DNA of 62,530 nt, counting the filler, from Catajapyx aquilonaris (Eukaryota): assembly GCA_000934665.2 (NCBI GenBank). It is 2 parts of 2 records of this genome, joined end to end, with 100 filler letters (N's around TTAATTAATTAA, not from the genome) between each part and the next. Parts side by side here need not be neighbours in the genome. Positions count along the whole stretch, not along the records: positions 31,174 to 62,530 come from JYFJ02004588.1; 1 more part is not named here. The stretch is one strand, 5' to 3'. A program made the position numbers and the translations under genes. Positions 40,376 through 51,135 of this stretch are shown here, piece by piece; position 1 is the stretch's first letter, and every line of letters begins with the position of its first letter. The notes beneath the pieces are model-generated. The model saw only the letters and a program-made list of their open reading frames with translations, ran no database searches and was not told where the DNA came from.

Positions 40376-40381
40376 TTTATT
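40376..40381 (-). promoter_or_regulatory. Candidate polyadenylation signal of the 754-aa gene
   Basis: AATAAA on the minus strand, about 18 nt downstream of the TGA stop. Confidence 0.35.
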
Positions 40382-40398
40382 CCAGTGAGAAACATTGG

Positions 40399-42663
40399 TC
40401 AGACATAAGTCCCCCCGAAACACCCGCACCAGGGAAGAGTTGGAGGAACGTCCTTGTGTTTCTGGCATTGTCTCCTGCCCCCACTGCCCCTGCTGGCCAT
40501 GCTGACCCTGTCCGGATGGATCCCGTCGGGGTCCTCCACTGGTGTCGATGGAGTCGTGGTGCTGCTGGAGTCCACCCTGGAGGCCGTCTTCTTGTTCTTG
40601 TCCAGTCCAACCCCCAGCACCCGGGCAGGGTCCAAGGAGAAGCTCCTGCTCAGCACCCTGGAACGAGGTCTGGGTCGGTCGGCCTCAACGTCCGAACCAC
40701 CTCCGCCGGTGTGCTTGCGAAGAATCCCGTTGACCACTGGTGACGCGCTTCGTGACGGCTGCGGGCCTTGTCGACCCGGAAGACGGGCGTCGAAGTTGAC
40801 AGAGGTACGTGGGGTAGAGGCTGAGTTGGGACTTGTTGGGACGGTCGTGGTCGGGACAACAGGAGGAGCTGGAGTGGTTGGGGACAGCTGGTGGTGGCTG
40901 GCACTGACGGCCCTTTGAAGCGGGGCGTGACCTGGAGGACACTCTCGGCTGTTGCCCATAAGAGGCATGGCGCTTAGGGTGTGGTGCAAACGGGGTGGTT
41001 CGGTCCGGACTGGGGATGCAACAGGGGTTGTACCGGTCGGAGGTACTTGGAGGTTCACGTTCACCATGTGTCTCAACCCGAACGACTTTCCGATTTTTAT
41101 GCCTTCCTGTTGCTGCGGGTCCTCGCTCGGTTCGGTTTGGACTGCTTCATGGACCAGGGTCGGAGGTCTCCAGAAGGTGTCGAAGCTGCGTGGTACCTCC
41201 TCTGGAGACACTAACCGCAGAAGAAGCCGGTGTCCGTTCAGGTTGATGTAAGACGGAAGGTGCAGGTGGTCGAGTCCTCCTGTTGCGGTAGTTGGTTTCA
41301 ACCGCAACAACCGCTCGCCCGTGTCCACTCCACGGTACACTCGGTGCTCCACTGGCCCATCTATGACGCCCAGTGGCGCCATGAGGTTGCTGATGGCCGT
41401 GTCGTTCAAATGCGGAGGAACACCACCGAGGGCCAGAAACACTGCGGATGGCACCGACGCGTCCAGTAACGGCACCGACACTCCCCGTATGCACAACCCG
41501 CACTCCACAAGAGTCCGCAAGCAACCAGCACTCGCCAGAGATATGTAGCACACACCTGAGGCCACTCGGACACCGGTCACTTCTGTGAGAGTCCCCAGTT
41601 GTCGATGCAACTCATCGATCACCTCCGTGGCGACCAGGTCCGACAGCGCTGACGGAAGATGACTTAGGTGAAATATCAACGTGTACGGTTCCACACAATG
41701 CAGGCGCAGGTGCTCGTCCCTAGCCGAAAAGACGCTAAGTGCTCCGGAAGCTTCAGGCACCATCTCACTTCCCCGCCAGATATGCAAAGCGGGCTCGGAA
41801 GCGCCCAACATCACGCACGAGTTACGTCGCGGCGACGAATTGACCGCGCACCGCTGACAGGAATGATCGTTAATACCGTTGTCGCTCCGGACAGACGACC
41901 GTCGCTGCTGGAAGCCCATCGCCTGCGGGCCTGGCGAACTCCGTCGTCTTACCACAGTCTCGAACCGCTCACAACCCAGACCCAAGCTGCTGCTTCCACT
42001 CGAGTCGCGACTTATCACACCGGATATCCTCGCCGGATCCCAACACCCGGAGAACCCGCTGGTGGTGGTTTCGTCCGAAGTGGTCGCCACGTCGCACGTC
42101 GGAACCACTCTGCTGGTGGACGGAAACGGATACGGAAGCGGCTCCGGGCTCTCCTCGCGAAGGGACGCCTCTTCCGGCAGCACTATTTGTACGGTACGTT
42201 CCGGAGGGGGAATCGGCTGACCGCTGCTGGCCGCTGCTGCCAACGCTTCGTCCGTTTCTTCTCGAAGCGAGTTCAGCCCACCAAAGTCCTTGTGCAAATT
42301 TTCAAGGTTCTCAACGCTTGGTCGGCCACCGTCGACACGATTCTGCTCGTCCTCCGTCTCGTAGCTGGTCTCCTCCCGCTCTTCGTCATCGTCGTCGTCG
42401 TCGTCTCTGTCCAGCACGTCCGGTCGACGTCTCCTGGACGACATCTCATCCACATGCTCTCTCAAAGCCCACAACTCCCTCCGAAGACGGTCGTTCTCCC
42501 TCCTCATCTTCCGGTTGTCGCTCTGACCTCTCTCCACCTCCGCATTGATGTTCATGGTCCTCAATCGAAGCTCCTCGTTCTCGTAGATCATGCCCCGACT
42601 GGCCCTCTTGTCCAGCTTCCGATTGGGCTTGACGCTGGCCGCTTTCTTGCCTGCCCGCAACAT
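40399..42663 (-). CDS. Uncharacterized ~754-aa protein: N-terminal coiled coil, central LINE-ORF1/ZCCHC3-like RRM-type domain, Pro/Ser/Thr-rich disordered regions, C-terminal LPWCGCFGG motif
   Basis: An uninterrupted 2.27-kb ORF in a GC-elevated block, in a window where ORFs outside this locus are at most about 220 aa. First ATG at 42663, with an in-frame stop upstream at 42709-42711. Charged heptad segment at 42442-42591 and an ordered hydrophobic alpha/beta segment at about 41211-41688. Confidence 0.9.
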   Translation of the reverse strand: MLRAGKKAASVKPNRKLDKRASRGMIYENEELRLRTMNINAEVERGQSDNRKMRRENDRLRRELWALREHVDEMSSRRRRPDVLDRDDDDDDDEEREETSYETEDEQNRVDGGRPSVENLENLHKDFGGLNSLREETDEALAAAASSGQPIPPPERTVQIVLPEEASLREESPEPLPYPFPSTSRVVPTCDVATTSDETTTSGFSGCWDPARISGVISRDSSGSSSLGLGCERFETVVRRRSSPGPQAMGFQQRRSSVRSDNGINDHSCQRCAVNSSPRRNSCVMLGASEPALHIWRGSEMVPEASGALSVFSARDEHLRLHCVEPYTLIFHLSHLPSALSDLVATEVIDELHRQLGTLTEVTGVRVASGVCYISLASAGCLRTLVECGLCIRGVSVPLLDASVPSAVFLALGGVPPHLNDTAISNLMAPLGVIDGPVEHRVYRGVDTGERLLRLKPTTATGGLDHLHLPSYINLNGHRLLLRLVSPEEVPRSFDTFWRPPTLVHEAVQTEPSEDPQQQEGIKIGKSFGLRHMVNVNLQVPPTGTTPVASPVRTEPPRLHHTLSAMPLMGNSRECPPGHAPLQRAVSASHHQLSPTTPAPPVVPTTTVPTSPNSASTPRTSVNFDARLPGRQGPQPSRSASPVVNGILRKHTGGGGSDVEADRPRPRSRVLSRSFSLDPARVLGVGLDKNKKTASRVDSSSTTTPSTPVEDPDGIHPDRVSMASRGSGGRRQCQKHKDVPPTLPWCGCFGGTYV

Positions 42664-45600
42664 CTTGGGACACTCTGTTTGGACACCCAGCAGCAACCTT
42701 GGCCTCCACTACAATGGGAGGATCTTCAGCAGATGCACTTCCCAACATCCCGAAACGTGTCGAAATCCTCTCTGCACATGCCAGAGATAAGATGAACACC
42801 TTCCGGCGCAGATGGCCCCATCGCCTCAAGGCCACAGCATCCCACGCTTGTCTTTTGGTGAATTCCGCAAAAGGTGGACCCGTTCCTGACCTGGGTCGGG
42901 ACACCGCTCAGGGAAGAGCAGTCTTTTTCAGTAGCCAGCTGCCGAAAGACTGTCGTGCCTCTGGGCAGCAGCCAATAGCCTCCTCTTTTCTGGGCACCCC
43001 CCAAACTTTGCACCCCCCAGCACCCAGCCTCCTCCGACAAACCGCAGGGATAAATATTTACGCCAGGATCGGACTTTGGTGCTGTTGAAAGTGACGGGGG
43101 CGGATACAAACACCGGCGCCCCGGTTCGGCTTACATTGACCTGCTCGGGTCATCGTCATTGCAGTTTGCAGTAATTCAATCCTAGGTTTATCACTCTTCG
43201 GCCCGCCCGATATAAAGAGGGTAATATAAAAGGTGGACCCAGCTGTTGGCACAGGCCAATTCCATTGGGCATGAACCGACCTGATTTTCCAATTGGCAAA
43301 TCTCCGCAGTTCTCATGCCGGGAACGTGCAAAATGTGCCTCACGGCAACATCGCAACGTGCCAAAATTAGCCCCTTTGCATCTTTCCAGAGGAAGAAGGT
43401 AGAGTCCGCGAAAAAAATGGCATAGAGGGTTGAACCCTTTGGGCTCTGAGCCCATATGCACTACCAGACTCAATGGCCCCTTTTTCTGCTCCAATAAAAT
43501 GCGTTTCCAGAATAAATACGGGGATATAAAAAGAGTGCGTCCAAACAACCGGAATAAACGTGGACGAGGTTAGTGTTGCCAAAAAAAAAAAAATCTGACA
43601 TATTGCTTCGCTAAAGATATCCAGCAAGTACACATATACCGGCTACATAATGCTGTCCGCACGTGTGCATATTTCTGGTTCAATATTCTCCCCAGCATGT
43701 GAGCCAATTTTTGCTTTACAATTTTTTCCCATGCCGCATAAACTTTCCACGTTTTCTCTATGCAAATTTTCGGTTCACCTGCCCCGGATCTGCTGAATAA
43801 GCAAAAGGGGATTACAAAAAAGTGGCTTTGCACATTCCGTAGGGTACAACCAACTAAAGACTTCACCCAGTTGATGCGGCGGAAAGGAATTCTAGAAACA
43901 CCTACAAGCTACGTTCGGAATGGTCAAAGGATGTGGGGGCCATGAAATGGACAGGTATAGAGGCATCAAGTGTCGTACGAGTGACGGTTTCCGTCGTACC
44001 AGAATGTTTGGAAGCGTCATTTCAAAAGAAAGAAGACAGCGGTACCGTCACTTGTCGTGCGATTTTTGACACTTCTACACTCTTGTTTCCTTACCGCCTG
44101 ATGATCCTGATATTTTGTTACGTACCGTACTGTACAACGTTGCCACAATGAGGCGGGAAATATATTGAAGGGACAGTGGCATGTTTTTCTCCCGAGCCCT
44201 TTAATAATAATTGTTGGAGATTGCTGCCAGCTCGTTATATTGGTGTGGACAGGGGCAAAGTACTTTATGTCACCTGGGTTACACCAAGTTCGAGCTAAAA
44301 TTAGCCGAGTTACATAATTGACCGCATCCAACGACGACATCAAAGAATGATGAGACCTCGCCCTGACCTTAACTACACCACTCTCTATATACATACACCG
44401 ACGGCATGGTCTGACTAACTTCCAAGCTGCGTGGGCCTCAGAATCGCCCAAGACCGCCTTTGAGCAAGTAAACTTTAATAAACACGACCGTCGATCAGCG
44501 GAAACTTTGCACCTGTGCCATGCAACGTAACGCCTGGATCTTCCATTTTGCACCTCGCAAACTACCAACCTCAGCGAATTTGGAAGCCAAGAATTTTGCC
44601 TGAGCTTATTTTGGCCAGGTGTAAAAAGGTTGAGATTTTGCAACCGAGCAATGTTTGAAAGGGGACCCCCCTGTAGCCATGGGGGGGGGGGGGGATCTAG
44701 GGGGGCTTAATTGGAATTCGGACGGGTTTAATGGGTTGGGTCGAGTGCGAACGAGGCTCCGGTTAAACGTGATTAACCGGGATAAATTAGTTGGCTGGAA
44801 GTTAATGAGGAACCAAGCGGGAGAGGTAAAGAGAAGCCCCCCTACATGCGGATCCTCGTCGCTACATTTCCTTCCCATAATATCAAACAATGTGGGGGGC
44901 GACATTTTTTGAAGGGTGACGTGGTGGGGGGGCTCTTTCAGGACTAATTGAATGGTCAGACATGCGGAAGTCATACCGGGAGACAGTGTCACAATTACAA
45001 AAGGCTGCTGGCTCTTGAATATTATTGACAACAAAATGTGTTGTCACACTGATAATGTACAGATATTCAACATAAGTAATGCAGAATTTATATTTCAGTT
45101 GAATTTTCAGCTGGACATTTGCATAATGGTTCCTGGCCAGAATAAACTCCGCAAAAGTTACTTTAATTAGGCAATATTGGCAATCGCTCCCATTCAAAAA
45201 CGGGCTCGTCGTAATTTCCGCGCATTAATTCACCGCTCCACAAAGGGCGAGCATCATCTGCTCAAAAACTCAAATATATTCCAGCACATCTGAAAGGTTC
45301 CCCCCAATATTATTTTTTATTCCAGTTCCGTTCGTGTCCGTGGTAATTTCATACTTTGTTCGAGGCATCAAATTAAATTCTGCCAAGGCAAGGTGTACAG
45401 ACGAATGGTTCGCATTTTTTTCATCTCTAAGCTTCGAGCCAATATTCAGCCGAGCAGGTCCGAAGCATTACTTTGCAGGCAACTGAGGCCTCAACAGCAA
45501 ATGTGCATCGATTGCCAACAGCTTCCAGAACTGAAGGAAAAAAGCTGAGGCCGTTTGCCTGTGGTGAAAAAGTAGTGTGTATTTTTTTTTTCAATCCGAG

Positions 45601-46041
45601 GTTACGAAATTTGTTGGGAAGTTTGATCGCGTGTCTTGTCCATGTCCAGCATTTTTAGTGTTCACTAGAATTTTATGAACGCCATTGAAAATAGTTTCGC
45701 GGGACCTCCAAAAAATAAAAGTGTGACGAGATGGCCCCGGCAGGAACAATTTTGGGGTTGTCCTGCAGCACTCGTTAGGTGACCACAAACGCACGTAACT
45801 CCTGGGCGCAAAGCACCCAATTGAAAACACCGCATCCATCCCACTGATTACACACCCTCACATACGCTTCCCCCTCCCAACGACATGTGGATGGACCCGA
45901 CATGTCATTGCCTTTTCGGCACACTTCCACCTCATGGTCCTCCCAGTTGCTTTCATCACGTTGCATTAGCCGGATATACACCGGGAAATGCGGGTCCAAG
46001 TAGCGAACAAAATTATTCCACAGTACAACCTATGCATCCTA

Positions 46042-46151
46042 CACTGAAAACCTGGAGTGCATCATTTTATGCACTTCCACACCGATTGTATATCACACCT
46101 GTCACACTTTCAAGTTGGCAAATATGAATAATGCACCCCATGTTTTCAGTG
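46042..46151. mobile_element. CACTG-terminated MITE, 110 bp, TA-flanked
   Basis: 25-bp TIR CACTGAAAACCTGGAGTGCATCATT versus CACTGAAAACATGGGGTGCATTATT (3 mismatches), with TA on both sides. Confidence 0.75.
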
Positions 46152-49100
46152 TAAGTACTGACCCAGGCTAAACCGAGTATTCTCGTCTTATTCAAATAGC
46201 AACACGTAAAGTGCTGATGAATACGTGCGGTATCTCCTGAATGCTAATGGAAAAAACAGCGGGGGCTTATTAGATTTGCTGTTTCTAAGCCTATAACTTT
46301 TTTTCTCTCTCTCTTTCTTAAGTCGGTGGAACACTTTTTTAGTCTGATGCGAACTTATATGAGGCAGGCAGCTAATTCCCAGCTCGTTTATCTCCAAGGG
46401 AGTGCGAGCGGCTGGCGACGACCAATGAAGCGGGGAATCGCAATTTCACGCCTTTTCCTCCCTCCGGATGATGTCACTTTGACTAATGCTGCCTTATAGC
46501 ACCCCGTTATTCACTTTTATATGCATTTTCAATTACAACCAAGTAGAACAGAGTGGGTAGGACCGGGCAATTCCCCCATCCGGCACTCCCAGAAATCGGA
46601 TTCTCAATTCACGAATTTTATTTGCACGTGTTGTTAACGCCTGTGAAAATGAGGTCACACCCAGTGCAGAATTTTTTTGCGACCCTTTGCAAAAAAAAAC
46701 GTGTGTGAGGTGGGTTGGAAATGGGACGGGTTAATATCCCTGCCTAAAACCAATTTAACAACAAAACCGCTAGCATGTAAATCGCCTCAACCGCGGGTAT
46801 TACTGCGTAACTTTTTTTTTTCACACTCCCTCGGATCCTATCAGGCTGGCTGGTATTTATCACTAGAAAAGGGGGGTCGCCCTTTATAAAACGACACGTA
46901 CGGCGTTAAAATCCCCGCTGTTTTTCCCCCTAGTTTGATAAAAATTTGTGTGTATATATTCACGCACCCGACTGGAAACAATATTGCGTGGGAACCCTAT
47001 AGAGGCAGATTTCGTTTTCTCATAAAGTTTGTTGGAAGTTTCCACCCCCTGGAGGCCTGGGTGGTCCCCCTGCAGCTATGCCTTGTTTAGGGGAATAAAA
47101 CCGGAACTAGGAGCTGTTAGGTTCCGACTTCAAAGCCTCCGTCCACGGATGGCGAACCTCGAAGTGCCGTCCTCAAGCTCCACTTGTCTCGAATTAGAGT
47201 CAGGCAGTGGATTTTCCCCGACCAACTCTCGGCAGAGACTATGATGTCTCCGGGTTGCAATCTAACTCACCTATCGACATGTAAGGGCAGCCTTCCCTTT
47301 TGCTTTGAGGCGGATTCCAATCGGATCGGTAAATCGCGATGTAGTTGTGCAAACGTGATCCTTGGGGCTGAAGGAACTTGCTGGGGATGCTCCAACTTGA
47401 GGAGTCAAACTTTGAGCTTAAAACACAGTGTAAATTTTGAGGATTTAGTTGGGATTTGAGGTTGGAAAAAATTGGGAACTATGCATTTGCGGTTTTGCTT
47501 CTCTCCTGACAGAGTTGAGATCAGGAGAGAACTTTCTAAGCCTCATGATGGCTATTCGGTGTTCGGGATGTCCGCACGGTTATCTGCTGTAATTACAACT
47601 TGTACCGCAGCCATATGTAAAATTAAAGCTGGGCTTCGCGTGAGGGCCATGCGCATTGGAATCACAAACTTCACTGAATAATAACCGTACAATAAATTTC
47701 AAGGTATAATCATTGGAAATAGCCAGAATTTTCCTATAATTTTATTGCTGAGCTACCATCTGGCATACTTTTATGCTGCAATAGATGTGTTACTGCTAAA
47801 ATATGCCGAAAATGCAGCAAAATCTTTTTAAGATCTCATCCTTAATTATACCCTTCCTTCCAAGACATTCAGCTGTATATCCATAGTCAACATGGCAATG
47901 TCTATTCAAATTGCGCAGTGCAAACAGAAGAATCGCGAGTCAACAACGTAAAAGAAACAGCGTAATAATCGAAACCTCAGGAAAGTTCCTGGCCCCCTCT
48001 GATTCAGAAAATCCTCCCAAGTAAAGCTACAAGCAACCGTCTCTTTCGTTTCCTTCCTCTTTTTCTCTCTTCCCCCCGTGGGATGTAAATATTTGCCTGG
48101 AAAGAGGAGTCCATCAGAAAGGAGTTTTGGGAATGTGGGTCTGCCTTACTAGGAAACGGAAAAAAGGGGGCAAAGTATAGTCCCCAGGCGTCATCCTCGC
48201 GCAAAGGAAGCCTTTTCCTTTACCAGCCCAGCTCCTCAGACTCATTTATTGCTGGCCCCTAGGCTTTCCGCCCTAACTACATCCCTTCGGAGCCATGTCA
48301 TCTGCAGCCCTTCCCACCTCACCAACTCCTGTTTGCTCTTTCTCTCGACACCCATTGCCAACCTCTATCTCCTCCAGCTAGCTAGCTCTACCCCCCTTCC
48401 TCTCCCTTTCCCCCATCATCATCTCGCTCACATTCATTACCCTCCAGAGCAAGCTTCATATTCCTGGCTCACACCTTTGGGCTCAGAAACGGCCCGCAAT
48501 TTACGGCCCGCTGTGTAGGTACACAATCGAGTAGATATCAACTAGGTGGAGCAAGATTGAAAGGTTAATTCGGATTGTTGGGACACTGCCAGTTGTTAAA
48601 TTCAAATGGGAACAATTTTACAGGAGGTCAATTGCAGTTTTGAATGGCAATGGGCCATTAATTGAGTTGTAACTAGGGGATGACAAGTTGGCGCAATGTC
48701 ACATGGCAATCATTGTGGACTCTACAGGTGTTCTTCAGTTGAACTGAACCATAATTATTCCCAGTAACACGTCCAAATTCATTATTGTTTCAGAAGACGC
48801 CGTCATTAACTCCATTTCTTCAATGTTTACCCAGTTCCAGGCTGCATTTGCTTCATTTTGTTTTCGCAAAACCTAATTACAGCGCCGCAAGCCCCCATGA
48901 AATCATCCCACACAATTAGATCAAGGCAGGTGCATAAACTGACCGCAAAGCATGAACTTGCTCAGACTTTATTTGGGCCAGGCTGCAACACAGCCCATCT
49001 AAAATACCCTCGAGTAACCTTCGCTTAATGAAGTAAACAAAGAGCAGCCAGCTCGCTGCATAACAAAACAATGTACTGCAACGTCTATTGTGAGATTCAA

Positions 49101-50784
49101 GGTCATTTCCCCAGTATTTATCCTAACCTGTGCCGCAACCTACACACGTGAACACCGGTTGGACTAACCACCAGGCGCAAAAAGTCAGCAGTTTTACCAT
49201 CCTTTCTCATGCAGATGTTTCTTCCCACAAAAACTTGTCTTTTTTTCTTCGTCTTCCACACTTTGTGTCACTTGTGTTCGTTTTCGAGCCGGATGAATTC
49301 GTTACACAGTCCCCCAGAGAATTTTCCGGAGGAAGGGACATTCTGGGTGGAGGAAAAAAAAGCCATTTCAAAGCTTTGGACTCTTCCTTTGTGGCTCAAA
49401 AGTGCTCGGGTGGCAAATGAGTTTGGGGGGGCCGCCTATTAGACGCGAGAATCACTTCTTTTGTCGGTGTGAATAGACTATCTGAAGAAAAGGCGAGAAA
49501 GGATGGTAGAGAGAGAAAAAAAAGTGGTCTAAGAAGCTGATAAGGTCATGCGAGTATCGTGACATTTCTTCCTATCCAGATTTAGGACACCTTTCCGACC
49601 CGTCTCTGTGGTGTCATCAAGACCTTTTACGCTCCCTTTATACAAACCACAAGCCCCAGAGTGAGTGGCCCTTCCCGCAAACGCCACTTGCAGCTGCAAA
49701 TGGACATTTCGATTTCCACCCAGGCCCTCAAAAAGGAGTGTTATACCATCAGGGGTGGTCCTGTTGGGATGACTATATACACGATGTGGGACATGAACAA
49801 AATTCGTACGTTCTATGGAGTCATCTTCATAGTCGACTAATTTCCTCAAATGTGGTTTAGCTCCATGCATCACCACGTACCATTTGAGCAAGCAAACCGC
49901 CACATAAAGTGCATCCCACGACTGAGATATGATATTTAGACCCATCCCACCCGCACTCTGGAAATGCCCAATTTGCTAAGAGTTGCAATTTATGACCAAA
50001 TCCCCATTACATCCGACGTCGAGATGAGAGGTGGGGGGTAGTACGGAAAAGACAAGAAGAGAAGGAGAGAGGATGGATGCAATGAAACTAGAGCCATTTC
50101 GAAAATGAAATAAGGGACTGAAGAAAGAATAAAAACCCTGTTCCTGGCAGTGAATCAGAACCGTTTGTGGACATTGCAATTCAAATCAGCCACTTTTCCT
50201 TATGAAACGCTTCCCTGTTTTCTCACCCGCATAGTCCCCCCCTACTACACAGCAGCCATTTCCCAGCCCTGCTATATATGCACAGGGCCTCGACGTCCCT
50301 TGCCCAACACAGCAGATATATGCGTCCTCCAAAATGGAATTGTGCAGCCTACCCTGCCTGTGAAGGTCCTTTATATGGGGCCAGAGAGAGAGGAGAGGAA
50401 GAGCCTACAAGGGATACGGCACCACTTACCAGGCTCGCTTAGTGAATTAGATGTACCCGGGATGGAGCCGCATTTCCACCCCCCATCCAAGCCCGGGCCT
50501 AACTTTGCATCCAGGTTATGTTATTCTGGCATAATTATCTTAGTTGGAGGGTGACAGGGCTCGGCATCTTGGCACTCCCAAAATGACGATTTTAATCCTG
50601 ATTAGAGCGCTGACAACCCCTGAAGCTGGCACACTTGGCAATTAATTTGGGTGAAGTCCGTGGTTGCGATAGTGCGATAGTTTCCTGGGTGACACAATCG
50701 GAATGCCAAGAGACAGTACCTATACAGTAGTACGTATAATGGTGGGCTCTATAACAGACTGTACTTGTATAAAGTATAGAGCTG

Positions 50785-51135
50785 CACTCTAAAAATTACG
50801 AGTGTTTTTCTACTTGATTTGAGTGATTTTCGCTCTTATACTAGATTTTAATCTCATTCTTTTTGAGTGAATATCGCTCGACCACTGAAAATTTTCGCTC
50901 AAAATAAGCCGATTATCCACTCAGATTCGAGAGAAAAACAACTAAAATTTTTGTTAAATGGGTTTTATTCAATGAAATAGTATAGTCTCGCACTCATCTT
51001 CACTCCTTTCGAGCAATTTTCCATCACACGTTTTGAATAAATATTTGCGGAGTGAAATTCACTCAAAAAGAGCATTTCGCGAAATTGCTCATTTTTTGAG
51101 CAAAATTTTAGGGAGATTTCACTCAATTTTTTAAA
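50785..51135. mobile_element. Degenerate CACTCT-type non-autonomous element
   Basis: Starts CACTCTAAAAA. Repeated GAGTGA...TC(A/G)CTC motifs occur in both orientations, with a partial palindrome at about 50800-50943. The right end is uncertain. Confidence 0.45.

Noticed and set aside
42664..42696. TTG-initiated 11-aa N-terminal extension in the ORF track
   Set aside because: In a eukaryotic context the first ATG (42663) is preferred. An upstream spliced exon cannot be excluded.
41668..42795. 375-aa plus-strand ORF
   Set aside because: Antisense shadow of the GC-rich real CDS; non-ATG start and an Arg/Leu-rich sequence with no domain pattern.
44594..45156. 26-bp inverted pair CCTGGCCA(A/G)AATAA(G/A)CTC
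   Set aside because: Short, no TSD and no internal support, so an element cannot be defined.
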